NCBI GenBank assembly: GCA_051362555.1
Contig: JBPQGU010000016.1
Location: 6,262,001 to 6,326,000 of the forward strand
Length of the DNA stretch: 64,000 nt
Source: Lingula anatina
Lineage: Eukaryota; Animalia; Brachiopoda
Direction of reading: 5' to 3'
The translations under genes were made by a program, and so were the position numbers. This document shows, piece by piece, positions 1-13,939 of the stretch; within the stretch, counting starts at the first letter, position 1; every line of letters starts with the position of its first letter. The notes beneath the pieces were generated by a model. The model saw only the letters and a list, made by a program, of their open reading frames with translations, was not told the origin of the DNA and searched no databases.

Positions 1-452
1 CATGAAGGTCCATCTCGTCAGATGGCAAGCACAGATTCAAGAATAATAGTAATAATCACTGTTTTGGTGGTAAAGTGTTATTCATTATAATTCTAGGAAA
101 TATTTACAATGTTTTTATTGTGAAATATTAATTGCATACGAACAGTTGTTATTTCTTAATTTTGACTTAAAGATACAGATATTAGTAGTATATTGGGGGT
201 GGGTGCAAAATAAAATGTAGCTAGCAATTCAGCATGTCAAAATATACATTATCAAAGCTCTCTAGTACCACTGTGGCTTGCTTGCATACAATTCTCATAA
301 TACATGTAATACTTCTAGGGTAAAAAAAATGGACCAGAAGCAGAATGGAAGGGAAAGAGCTAAAAACCAAGGTGCCTTAGTTATATTCACTTGAAACCAT
401 ACACAGAAGGTTAGTTACTTATTCCATCTATGCATGACTCCATCTAGGCTAA

Positions 453-696
453 GACTGGGTTCCCATACTTAGATCGATCTATCTGGATCGACCTAACTTC
501 CTGGGGATTCACGCTAAATTGCAGTCCGCTCAAGAGGCTTAAATGTCTGTCACACTTACCGAATCAGCTAGCGGTAAAGGTAATTACCCCTTAACAGTTT
601 TACTAGGCATGACAGACGTTTAAGCTGGTTAGTTTGATAGCAATTTAGTGAGACTCCCCAGGGAGATAGATCAATCCAAATATCTGTGGGAATGGT
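453..696. mobile_element. ~240-bp foldback MITE (family A, Tourist/PIF-Harbinger-like)
   Basis: Ends ttcccatacttagatcgatctat ... gatagatcaatccaaatatctgtgggaat; internal arms are inverted; at least 8 related copies in the window. Confidence 0.75.
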
Positions 697-3135
697 AAGG
701 CTACATTCCTGCTTGCATAATTGCATACTGTAACAATAGAATTTATGAATAGAAAACTTTTCACTAAATCGTATGGTAACTTATTGTTAATTGCTTCTTG
801 ATATACTGAAAATATTAGCTGAACAGTTTCAAGTTAGGATATTGCATGTAGGTTTTACTGAACGTTGCTTGGTAGTGGTAATACAACAAATGTGTAGTTA
901 AAGAATTCACACCCTGTCCCCTGACATAATTTTTGTAGTGTACCAACATAACCAATTGTTTTGTCCTTTTCAGAGGTTTGGAAAACACCATGACCAAGCC
1001 AAAGTGTTTTTTTTTTTTTTTTTTAGTTTTTTTTTTTTTTTTTGTTAAGATTTTTAGGTTTTAAATGGTCATGACCACTCTCTTATGTGATTTAGAGATT
1101 TTATTTTTGTCCGCCTGTAGCTTTAAATTTATATCAGAAAATTCAGATATTACTTTTGCCTTGTAAGCAATGTTAAAACTGTGTTATAGGTCCAACACAG
1201 TTGGCTCCAACTCTTATTATTACAGGAATCATGTAGATGTATTGATATGTGGATAATAATAATAATTGTAGGTCTAGTGTGAAAAATATTTTTAATTTAG
1301 CGTACACTATTTTACTTAGAACTAGTAACCACAGTAATTAATTTTCACTTGGAAAATAAGTTCATTGGGGTGTTTTAAAGCCAAACTATCTGGGATTTGA
1401 CATGCATAGATTCTCTTTGTAACATGTAATCTGAATAGTAAAAAAGTGTGTTCAACCATTCGCAGTGTGGTTCCAGTATCTACTTTAAAGTTAAAATACC
1501 TGCTCAACAAGAGGTCTATCATATACTTCAGTTGGTACAATTGCTGCAAATATATGCAATTCAGCACAGGCCAATCTGTATATTTATGACCTTGATGGAA
1601 GTGTAAATGTCAAAAGGAATGTATTTATGGAATGGATTTGAATACTCTCTTTATTAATCTTACCAGTGCAAAGGATATTACGGACATTATGTGTGAGGTG
1701 TTGGATACAAACTATATACAGTAACCACTGCTGTTTGGAAATCTTTTAAGACTGATCACTCTGTACCAAGGACAGCATAAACAGAGACTGAATACAACAA
1801 ACCACTAGAACAAACCAAAGGACTTAATAAACATTTGCCTTGATCTTGCTTTACACTATCAGGTGGGAAAGGCAATATGTTTTCAAATGTTTGATATTAA
1901 TTGGATGTCTGTTTGTGCCCTTAGATTGCCCTTAGATTTACCTGTATATTGTATATAGTTCATTCTTGAACAACCAATTCTAATGTATACATAGACGTAG
2001 ACATTGTTTGTATTTGTACTGAGCAAAGGAAAATTTGTTTCACAATAAATCTTTGTAAATCAACCATTTCTTCAATCTTGGAATTATTATTATTTTAAAA
2101 ATTTGTTTAACATTGTAGTGAGAATGCATGTAGAGTACCTGTTGCTTGATAAACATAGCATTAATAGGGACGGGACAATAAATTATAAGCATATTTTACA
2201 TATAAATCAAATAACTAAGATCTACCATGACAGAAATACATAGATTAGTAACCCTTAGCAAAATTTAAAAAGTGTGCAGCACATGTGCTGCAAATTTACT
2301 GCACATGTACAGCACACTCTAGAGTGTGCAGTAGACAGCTGTGGGGAGCGTGCAGAAGTGTGCAGTAAAAATCTTGCTGCACACCTACTGCTCACTTCCA
2401 TGAGTACAAACGGTGTGCAGAAAGTGTGCAAGAGACTTGGTATTTCAATAGAAGCATGAGGACAGTGTGCAGTAAACTTAAAATTTGATCAGGAGTTTGC
2501 CACAAATGTACAGGAAACTTTAAAATTTTAATATAAGTTGTGTGTGTTGAGTGCACAGCAAACTAAATTTCTTCGGGATTATGCTATTTTAGTGTGTAAA
2601 AAACTCATCATTTAAAAAGTGTTTAATGTACCGATACAAGATACATGTACTGACAATTATACAAACAAAATACTTTAATACACATTTTACTTTTATAACC
2701 ATCAATAAGAAAGAATCTATGTTTTAATAGAATTTTATTGTCATATGAGCTATATTTATGTCGCAGGCCAGATAGAAATCCATCCAGATTTTAAATCACC
2801 CTAGGCCAAATTAAAATCTATTCAGATTTGGGCATATGCGGTTTTAGCTTTTGCTTTGAAAACAAACTGCCAAATTAGTCCAACAAACAAATCAATTATG
2901 TTACAAAAAGCTAGTTATAAAGTATATTTTTCTAACAAACAATGGTGTTTACCTCACTAAAAGTATGAGAAAAAGTCAAGAGCAATATAAGTTTAACAAC
3001 CTGTAAAGGAAAAAATTACTAATGAACCCTTTAAATTCATTCACTAAATCACTTATGCAAAGCCATACCCACCACTAAAATTTAAGATTATTTTCAGGAT
3101 GTATCAAAAACAGTCATGAAATCTAGGATTATGGT

Positions 3136-3431
3136 AAACTAGAAAAGCACTCCGAGAGCGCAGACCTCCGCCAAGGCAGCAAAGTCTCCACCCAATGCCG
3201 TTTCACCCCTAAATTTTCATTCTATAATGATTTAGTTTTTTGATTATTGATTGATTATTGATCCGGATCACCACCAAAAACTAATCATCTGTTCCTTGGC
3301 CCACTTCTGACAGTTCCTGAAAATTTCATCAAAATCAGTCCATAACTTTTTGAGTTATGTTGATGACAGACAGGCAGACAGACAAACAAACAAACAGGGG
3401 TGAAAACATAACCTCCTTGGCGGAGGTAATT
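3136..3431 (-). mobile_element. Short Helentron-associated element (HINE/DINE-1-like)
   Basis: Minus strand begins attacctccgccaaggaggttatg (5' hairpin), has a (gttt/gtct)n microsatellite, subterminal IR cttggcggaggt, 3' hairpin gcgctctcggagtgc, ends ctagttt. Confidence 0.75.
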
Positions 3432-3784
3432 AAACATGACTCCTACTAGCATAATCTTGACTTTGCTATTTAATTATCACCAAAAGATAAAAACACAGTA
3501 TATAATGTATTTTTACTATTTTTATGATGATATTCACTACATATTTCTACTAATATATTGAAAGGTCAACTTTATCTAGTCAGATTTTTTAAAAACTTGT
3601 CAAATTATTGCCAATAAATTCGACCAAATGCCACCATGTATAGTTTCATATAGTATAAATTCAAGAAACAACTCGGGTTTCAGAACTAGAGGAACGGATA
3701 AGAGTATCAAGTTTGCGCCCAGAAATATAATAAATGTGCAATTTTAAAGCTTTTGTTCGGCTGATTGACAGATTAATTACATTG

Positions 3785-3983
3785 TACATCCGCCAAGGAG
3801 GTTATGTTTTCACCCCTGTCTGTCTGTTTGTTTGTTTGTTTTTTTGTTTGTCATCAACATAACTCAAAAAGTTAAGGACTGATTTTGATGAAATTTTCAG
3901 GGTAGGTGGGAAATGGGTTAACTTAGAAGTGATTAGTTTTGGTGGTGATCCGGACCAATAATCAATCAATAATCAATAATAAT
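3785..3983 (+). mobile_element. Second, 3'-truncated copy of the short HINE, inverted relative to 3136-3431
   Basis: tccgccaaggaggttatgttttcacccctgtctgtctgtttg... is the reverse complement of 3240-3425. Confidence 0.7.
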
Positions 3984-5814
3984 AATAAAAAAATTGCTGC
4001 CTTGTACATTCTCTGTGTTACAGAGAATGTACAGAGAATGTACTGAGCGGCTTTCTTCTTTGTTATGCGTCTTTAAAAGAAAAACAAAGCACTTTTTTAA
4101 AAAATAAAAATGTTAGAAATACCTGTACAAACCTTAGTCGCCACAACTCTAGTGTTAAATATTTACAGTGCTATAGCAATAGGCGACAGCATGTTTTAAT
4201 TGGGATGCGTTAATAATAATAATAACCTCATTCATTTGGGGTGAAAGTCTTTGGACAAAACAAGATGGTTTGTTTGTGCAATAACCTGAAAGATTGCGTT
4301 AAGTGTCTTCTCTAACACAATCCCACGACAGTGATACTATTATGTAACCAGGTGAGCATTTTGGTGAGAGGTATTCAGATAGGACCAAGGTCAGTAGGAA
4401 GAGGAAGAAGCTTCATGTGCCACATTGCCACGATTACCACACGTAGACTGAAATTTTGGCACTAAGAACTGATGTAGTTTGTTGTAAGTACTGTATACAT
4501 GATATAAGACAACACTGATCGGTTTATGTTGACGATATTTTATCAGAAAGAATGCATATTCCTCTTCAGTTCAGGAGTAATGGCTCTTGGATATATTTGA
4601 TTGACATAAACGCCAAAATGAGCTTGAAAAGTTAAATAACTTCTTATATTGCTTTTTCCAGAAGGAAAGCATTTGTTCATAGAGAAGTGAGAAGATTATT
4701 CCAGCCGTCCAAAGGTCTGAACTCGTTATTCCGTCTTAAACAAAGCAAGACGACAAAGCAGGTAACTACCGGTACATTCTCAGCTCCCAATGGGTGCCTT
4801 TTTCATCTTACAACAGCGGCTTGTGCAAATATATACTGTTTATTAAAGTTAACTGACAATAAACCGGTGGTTTTCTACAGAACTAGCCGCGACCAGGAAA
4901 GCGAACGTACAGGTATATTTATTTGCTGAGCACTGTCAACCTCCGTTGACTTCAATTTTCATGATTTCAATTTCATACCATCCTTTATATTAGAATCTGG
5001 AATAAAATGCTCGAACAAAATATCTGGTTTTAAAAGAAATTGAGCTAAAATACTAGCGTTTGGATTACGAAATTATTTAAGTGGGTTAATCGGAATAAAG
5101 TAACTGGTAAAATCATTATTTTTCTGTCTATAAAAGTGAAGTGGTTTTAATAATCACATGTAGCAATAAAATGCTGAATTTATGTCAGACTACTCACAAA
5201 ATAAGCAATATAATGTATAAATAAAGCAAGAGAAAGACCAAACACTTTCTGCATCCCTGTGCTCTGTAAACCACATGCTAATTGTCATTGTGTTTTATGT
5301 TATCCTACAGAACCGAAACAATTTCATATTACTACATTGTAACTCCGGTTCCCGCATTTACAAAATCCTGAATTATCATTATCAAAACTAGGCTTTCTGT
5401 CAAATGTTTATATTTATCTACTTTTAATTCCGCAAATATATAAAGTTTTACGGCCGGTTTTCTGTTTTTATGGTAAAATTATCTATGTGGGCAAATATGC
5501 AGTCTCCATCAAAATACTCCTCGTGGAGGGATATGGCTTAGCAAAGATAGAAAAAATTAAAGATTAGTATGCTGGCGTGTAACATTGTGTACATGTACAG
5601 GGCATGCAATAGTAATAATGTCGTTTATTATTGTATAGAACGTGTAGGTTCAATTTACCTAGTACATAGCTATTCTTATGATATGATTTCTGTGTCTCTT
5701 AATGCATACTGAAATGGATCGGTGTAAAGATTATATTTCACTTTAAAAATTATTAGCTATAGTTTCTTGCATGTGGATTTCGTATAATTTATTTCATTTT
5801 TCATTTACTTTCAG

Positions 5815-5961
5815 TGTCTCTTAACAACCGTCTTAGATGAAATTGAACGCACTCCCGGCAAAGACATCAGATTCGTGTTCGCCAGCGCCCGCACCCATGT
5901 CAACGTTGTCTTGCGTTTGTTGTATAGTCAACTTGCAGGGTTGACATTTGATTTGGTTTGA
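5815..5961 (+). CDS. Possible terminal coding exon of an unidentified gene or pseudogene
   Basis: Strong acceptor (tttcatttactttcag), GC-elevated 48-codon open frame CLLTTVLDEIERTPGKDIRFVFASARTHVNVVLRLLYSQLAGLTFDLV*, AATAAA at ~6055; no family recognised. Confidence 0.25.
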   Translation, partial: CLLTTVLDEIERTPGKDIRFVFASARTHVNVVLRLLYSQLAGLTFDLV

Positions 5962-8519
5962 AATGTAATGTTTGGTTTGGGTTGTAATATTCTGCATCAA
6001 CCGTGTATCAAATGAAGTGCAGCGTGTAACGAGTGGTTTATTCATGAAACTTCTAATAAAATGGACTAAATCCAAGCGTCAACCCTGCACGTCGCTGGTA
6101 TATTATTATACATATCTAAATAAGCTGTAATACAGCACTCTATCCGCACACATACCCATTAGTTTTCGAATCTGAAACGACACTTTTGAAGTTATCCTAA
6201 AACAAAACAAAAAAATCCCTTGCTTAAGTGATCTATGAAAATAAAATTAATTGCAAATTTATCATTAAGTGATGTACAGGTAGAGCACTGTGCTAGTACG
6301 ACCGATTTAATGTTTTACTGTAAAATTATATGTGTGGGCAAATGTGTAATAAGACGCTTTGTTATGCAATCGAAAATGCATGTTTATTCATATTAAATTG
6401 GATACAAATATAGATTTTAATGAAGCTAACTTAAGAAAAAAATTAGTCGCGGCTCCATTACGTAAAATGCCTACAAGAGTTTTATTTTGGGTTCTTTGGA
6501 AAAAATGAACGAGATGTAAATCTACAATAAACTGTAAACGCCAAATATAACACTTATGAAATTGTAAAATGTGCTCAAGTTATTGCAGAATTGCCCACAC
6601 GTATTGAAACGGGTCTTTTTGAAATTGTGAATATGCGGTTATGACGCATGGTAAGAATAAACTTCCTTTGGTTCCGGGTGTTTTGATGTACTAGTAGTGT
6701 GTCTGATCAGTGATAGACCTATAGTTTTATTACTGGGAGGGGGGAATTTTTTGTATTTTCAGAAAATCAAACCAGGGGTTGGGTTAGTTTTTTTTTTGAA
6801 ATTAATAAGCTTTTGTTATTGAAGAAGGAAAATTAACTTTTTACCTTCATTACAAGGCGGATATCCTCACAAAGAGAAACAGTGAATAGTAGAAATTGTT
6901 TCCTTTTGCTTCAAATAAAATGTATATGTAGGACTGGCTTTTATCGCATCTTTTACAACTTGACATGTTAAAAAATCCTTATCAAATTCGTATCAAAAAA
7001 TTACAGTTGTCGAAAAGATCTGTTTTGGGGTAATGGATATTTCCTAGTAATTAAATGAACTTTTGTAGACTGTCAACTTTTGTCAATCCACTAAAAAACA
7101 CGAAATTGGTCCGTTAATCGCCAATTTACTGACTTATCGTCTAAAAATCCTTTTTCTTTTGTAATTTTTTTTTTTTTTTGTCTAATCAAATATGAAAAGT
7201 CAAAATATTATCAGAAAAATGACACTTTGATTGGTTCGAGTAAGTTTTACACAAACTTAGAAGTTCAGTGTTTTATTTAATGTTGATCTTGCACTTGGTA
7301 CTTTCTTAATTCTGTTTTGCGGTCGGGATCAAGGGGTGATTGAAAACAAAAGGCCCGATTAGGTGCCAGTCCTGCAGTGCTGTTGGGTTATTTTTACTGA
7401 ATGTTTCTTGATCACTGAGCACCAGAGATCTTTGAGTCTATTAGCATTTTCTGAGTAAATGTGATTAGTTGATTTAATTTAACCGGTTTTCGCATACCTT
7501 TTCAATTTTGTTTACACATTGTTCTTAAAAATGACTATGAGTAGGATAAGGTTGTAAACTGACCATGTCTTCATGCTGTTCTTGATTCGCACGACGCATA
7601 CATTTAATTGTTCACTCAAAATTGTGCCATCAAAATCCTATTTTAAGATTTAAAGAAAAGAAAAGATGACGCAAAATATGAGGTACACATTTATTTATCT
7701 ATGAGAAAAGCACTCATCAAATTTGCATAATTGAATAATGTTTGACTGCTGTTTGGTGTTGTGTGTGATCATCAGCATGGCGACATAGAAGTAGTTGTGG
7801 TGTCATGAGTGTGTACCCGCTTGCGGGGAGGAACGTTTACATGAGATCATATGCATTTTAAATTTTCAATTTGATACCACCTTTGCCTTTGGATAAAAAT
7901 GCCCCTCGGTGAAATTTTGTATCAGTCACAAGACTAATACACCAATGTCAACTTTGAACAATGGCTGTAAAATACTTCACGTCAAATCTTCAACTTTCTC
8001 GTCGCAGCAAAAACCTGAGAATTTCTTGTTCTGGTCAGTATTATGTCGTCTCGTATGTAGTGTTCTTGAACACTTTTTCAAAACCAAAACGATCTTGAGC
8101 GACAATTTTCAAAATGCATAGAACCTCCGACACATTTAGTTATAGATATTTGTATTTAAGCTTGATTTACATCTCGAAATGCGAAGTCGTTATAAAAATT
8201 ATTTTTTATGTAGAGCCAAAACGTAATGTATGGGTTTTGCATACATCTGTATAGTGGAATTACTTGTATTTGTTATAATAAACGTACATAAAAGTTGCAA
8301 GATATGTATTTTAAAAAATGTGCAAAATGTCATTCCTGACTTTCTTTTCTTCAGCTCGACGCGAACCTTTGTTTACTAACTGAGTCTTCTTCTTGGCCTG
8401 TCGCCTTACCCACTAAGCCACTGCCCCAACTTACTTTTTCCTCATTCGTATGATCCTCTTGTAGTAGTCTAAATTGTTTATTTGGGTTTATTTTTGTAAA
8501 AGGTAATTTGCTAAGACCT

Positions 8520-8590
8520 AGAAGCGCCAGGAATCGAACTGGGGACCTTCTGTCTCAGAGGCAAGCGCGTTACCTACTTCTCTAAGTGTT
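8520..8590 (-). pseudogene. Degenerate tRNA-like sequence (SINE head or tRNA pseudogene)
   Basis: Minus strand agtaggtaacgcgcttgcctctgagacagaaggtccccagttcgattcctggcgc with B-box GTTCGATTCC; arms imperfect. Confidence 0.5.
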
Positions 8591-11500
8591 CCCACCCACC
8601 CTCCCCGGGCAGACTTTCTTCTTATAGTAACCGAAGAAAAATTTTGATAGCACCCCTTTGTAATTCCAAAGTGCCCAAGCTAGAAATCGGACCCCAACCC
8701 CAGGCTACCACTGAGCCGTGTAGCCATCAGGAAAACACTAAGACATTTTGTATATTCAGTAAGTTTTTTATTAAGAACAATTCAAATTTATTTTACTGTA
8801 TTCAGTTATTAATAAAACATGTATCTATAAAACATCATTGTCGTAAGTCTTTTTATTACTGCAAATATCTGTGAGAATATGATTGATGTCTGCATTTAAA
8901 TTCACTTAAAAGTGTAAAAATATAACATTCTTATCTATTCGACTTGACAAATAAACTGTCTACCACATTAATGCTCTTATGTTTGATCTTAATGAAACGA
9001 ACAAAATCTTTCAACTTCTTCTTTAAAAAAACAATGGTGGATCTAGTCTCCGCCCTCCCCGAGGAGAGAGACTCATTCTGGACTCACATGATCAAGTCCT
9101 CGAAAGAATTCATCACGCCCCAAATGTCAACACTTGTCCCCTTTAAAATGTCCTGGTTCCGCCATTGTTTCATCTTTATATAACAATGAAAACTATGAGA
9201 CATTTGTTAAATGCTCTGTTTAAAATTGCACGCTTTTTTGAAGTCCGACACTTATCGTTGGGAACGAAAAAAACGGACACGCACTTTCGTTATATTTGGC
9301 AAAAAAGTGTCAAAAGTACCCAAAAGTTAATACAACGTTTATACAGCTATTGACAAAATGTAAAGACTAATGAACATTAGATAATAAAATGAAAATGAAA
9401 ATTTAAAAAAATCGTTACAAAAACAAACAAAAAAAATCTATTTAGAAAACAAACTACATGTTCACTTATGAAATCTGGATTAAAATCCAAGGTACATATC
9501 ACGGTATTTCTCATATTTCCTACATCCATTTTCAATTTCAAAAATCTTGTAACAAATAATTTGCAACCTTCTGAACATAAATTGTTCTAAATACGAGAAA
9601 ATATCACGATATTTCTGCATCATCTGGTCAATAGAAGAAAAAACGCTGGTTAGAGAGAATTGCCGAAATCAGTTAAATTTGGAAAAATAAAATTATTTTC
9701 AATCACATAAATGGTCCTATCATCTTTACCCAGAACCTGTATTTGTTCAACAGATGAATGGCAAAAATATAAGTCATTTTCATGATAAAAAGTGCCATAT
9801 TTTACATTGTAAGAACTACATTCAGAGATAAATACTAAAAAACAAAATAAGTTGCTTTTCCATCCTATGAATGGCATTTACATGTACAATATCAGCTTTT
9901 CAAGAAGGGAATTTTCGCAAATGAAAATTGAATTTTGTAAATTCTACATACTTCACTAGTAAAAAAAAAAAAAATCAATCTTGGTTCGTAAAATTACATT
10001 TCTTTTTCAACAAGTCAACAAATGTTCAAATTTCAAGGGACGATGTGCCTTTTTTCTCATCTGAACATTAAAAGAAAGACACACAATGTTCGTTTGTTGT
10101 TACATTCTAGATTTCAGTCCATTTGGAGAATGAGATTGAAGCCGGTAAAAACAGAAATTAAGAATTCGACACCGGGATTGTAGAATTTATCAGCGGTTTC
10201 GATAGTGTTCCTTGGCGATTTATTTGAAATTGCTGAATGTTACAGAAAAAAAATTGGGCTTTAAACCGACATAAAATTTGGAATATTTTTGCTTCCTTAA
10301 TTCGCATTCGATCTAAACTAGAAAGTCACCCATTGCTGTCTTGCTGAAGAATACCACAAATAGTATCATTTTACATGTCACGTGTGACCAACTTGAAACT
10401 ACGATAGTATAGAACATATTTCAATTCAATAAAATAAGCTTTCTAACGGATGACCATGCATTCTGATATATGATCACGTTTTAAATATATCACATTTAAT
10501 TCCTATAAGAACTCAAATTCGTGATGTTATATTGATAAATAAAACACGTGAAAAAAAAATCGCCTTTAGACAGAGCCTTTTCAAATCCGTCCCAAACAAC
10601 ATTGCGGGCCATCAACTCGCCCTTATTTCTTGAAGGGTTCATCTTATAATCTGTCACGCAGAAATCTCAAGGACTTCAATTTAGCTCACACATGAAATGA
10701 AATATCAAATTTTAATTTATGAAATCTTGTCAATATTCGAAATGGAAGTATATTACTTGAATTATGTTCTTTACTCCAGAAATGGACGTTATCATATATA
10801 TATATACCTAAAAGGCTGTATCATATTCTATAATTCCACTACCAACTGCTCACTAAATATCAACATGTCAATGGCCAGACCCTCACAAGTCATTTCACAG
10901 CATTTTCCCCTCCTTGGCCATTTCTCACGGTAAACTTCCACTGCCAATACTATTTCTACCGACGAAGTTCAAAATACTGAAAATGAAGTGCAACTGCATC
11001 TTCCTTTGATTTATGAGATGCAATGAGATGAAGTGGTGGAGGAAATAAATAGTGCGTGGGGAAAATGTTGGGAAATGACCAAAACCACTTTTAAGCAAAC
11101 GGGCGTCAAAATACTTTTCAAAAATAAATCACAATTAACTTATCACCAAATACCTGACATTGATTTCTTAAAACGTTATATTGATATGGCTGAAATTACG
11201 ACATTCTTATACTTAATATCTAAGCCGCCTTCGATCCACTTCCTGATCATTGAGCACTGAGGCAGTGACGTCTCCTTCCAGGCTGTCCATCCCATTACAT
11301 TCATGGTAGGGGGAGGTGGCAGGCTAAAGTGGCCGCCTTTCCTTTTCAACTCTCACCAATATTTTACGGATGAAACTTCATTTGTACTTTACAACATTAA
11401 AAATACATTGGACGAATTTGTGTTTAGCATATTTCAAAAAATGCCAGACGAAAATTAACCTCAGATCCTTATCAACCCCAAATTGAAACGACATTATGTA

Positions 11501-11635
11501 GGTCACTGGCTATCTTGATGTGACGCAATATGGTACAATGATTTAAATATCTGAGCAGTTTTTGTTGTTTGACCAACAGACCATGAGATTGAGCCATTTG
11601 GAGGTAAACAGAAATGCTGCAATCGGAAACTCGGT

Positions 11636-11688
11636 ACTTTGCTCGAGATTTATAAATTTATTATAAATTTATAAATCTCGAGCAAAGT
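11636..11688. repeat. Perfect palindrome, 26-bp arms with 1-nt spacer
   Basis: actttgctcgagatttataaatttat-t-ataaatttataaatctcgagcaaagt. Confidence 0.9.
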
Positions 11689-11826
11689 TATAGACATAAA
11701 ATAACCGGCGAATTATGCTTTGATATTTTTATCTGTACAATAAAAGATATTTTATGCATATAATTCTCTCATCTTTGTTCATATTCTTTCATGAATGCAT
11801 GTGTGAGTGTGTGTGTGCGCGCGCGC

Positions 11827-13526
11827 ATTCTCTATTGTTAGCAAATGCACCAATCGAATGGCGATATGGTACCATACAACTAATGATTTATTGTAAATAA
11901 AGTGATAGACAAATATGAGGAAAACAGTAAAGTTATAGGTTATCTACAAACTATAAGAGCTGTTCACGTACCGTTGCCGCCTTGCTGAAGGTCAAAACCA
12001 CATCAAGCGTGAGGAGTTCGATACGTTAGTAAGGTCAGCGTTTGACAAAACAACATTTTTCAATATCTCTAATATGAAATACGCATCTTGATATTAACGC
12101 AATAAAAAATAATAAAATCATTAGACTACTGCATATCTGCACCCTATGGCTGTACATAAGAAAGAATGAAAAACTGCAGCGAATCAAAAAAAAAAAAAAT
12201 CATCTCGCTTTTACTTTTAACCCAGGGAGACTCATATCACACTTATTTTAAAACAGTTGCACTGGCTCCCTGATAGAGCACGTATTTTATTCAAAATTTT
12301 AACTTTTGAGCATGCAGTTTTTTTTAAATTAACACTCAGATGATACCTAAAAGCTGTCGAAGAGAGCCACGGTCCTCAGATGTATAAATTGGAGCGGGAG
12401 AATACAAAGGAACTCTTTATTTGCGTAGTTTAAAATATGCATGTTATCACTAGCTGGTGAAACACACTACATGTATTGCGGTCTATTTTATCACAGGTGA
12501 GGTGAAAATAGCTTAGCTTAAGCTTTGTTCATTGAAGAAAAATGATGAACTTCTGAGAGCTGTTTAAAAAAGAGATTAAAACCAAGTTTTCAGCTCACCT
12601 TATCTACACCTGAAATTGACAGTTATATAAACACACGTCAATCATTACACTGATAAGTTAATATAGGTGTAATATAGTGACTACGCCAAAAGACAACGGG
12701 ATATCTCCAGAGGTATTGATGAATGGAAAATAATTTTTTCTTTTTTATATTTACACAAGTTCATTTGCCGCGAGTTTTAACTCGACTGCAACTGCAATTG
12801 CCAATACTTCCATGTACCAGTTAATAAACAGTTATTATGCACGAATAGTAACAATTTATTATACCTCGCCAATATCCTTCAGTTATTTCAACCGGCCAGT
12901 ACTATTCCATACACACATCTCCAACACATATCATATATCACATGATTATTCGACATACAACACTCAAATGACATTATGTTTTATCTTATAAAAGAAATGA
13001 AATTTAAAGCGCTTGTATTTTATTTCCCCGGGAAATGATATTTTAGCATGGGTCCAAACGTAAAAACAACTTTTCATATACGCGGTATATACTAACATCT
13101 GTCCTGTCTCAACATGGTTGTGACGACAACCACAAAATTAATGGAAATGTGCTAGATGTGATAAGCCGTTGACCACTGTAAATATGTACATACAGGAGGC
13201 CATAAAATCACCTTTTATCTCACTAAAGAATATCGTTAAAAGGTTTTAATTAACGTCTCTTGGCAGGTTAGTTCCTCATCCAGATCTTTCTGTACAAATG
13301 TAGAATGAAGTTGTTCATGTATCTGTAATAAGAAGTATTATTTGCAATGTATAATACCACAATGTGTTTTTCATTTGTGTCACACGTGAACAGCTCTTAT
13401 AGTTTGAAGATAGCCTATAGCTTTACTGTTCTCCTCATATTTGTCTATCACTTTATGTATAATAAATCATAAATTGTATGGTACCAAATCGCCATTCGAT
13501 TGGTGCATTTGCTAACAATAGAGAAT
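11827..13526. mobile_element. 1.7-kb segment bounded by ~143-bp inverted repeats (foldback-type element)
   Basis: 11827-11969 and 13384-13526 are near-identical reverse complements; no ORF and no clear TSD. Confidence 0.65.
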
Positions 13527-13908
13527 TTGTGTTTTACATTTGCCGAGCAAAGCGAGACACATTTTATCCTGCGCCACCCTTCCTGTTTCAACTCAAAGTC
13601 AACAGGGTATAATTTGCAAAACCTTGTTATTTCTAACTCATTTTCGAACTGGTAATTTTAAGTGACGTCACATTCTACAAACATGTTGCCTACCGCATTC
13701 GAAAAGGACATCTTTTTTTTTTCAAATGAAAGTCAAAGAAATTACGTTGTAGCTTAATACCACAATCTAACGTTAAATAAAACCTCTCTCGAGCGTGCGC
13801 ACGCAAAAGTAATAAGGTCACAGACAGACTACACCTATTCCCTGTGCACCTACAGTAACTATGTCATTTTCCTTTGTTTCCTCTAATGTCAAAATACAAC
13901 TTTGTATC

Positions 13909-13939
<31 letters not shown>

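Noticed and set aside
2252-2560. tgcag/ctgca-rich segment (and a similar one at 58830-59050) as a defined EnSpm/CACTA element
   Set aside because: Probably subterminal repeats of old DNA transposons, but no matching second terminus or TSD could be identified
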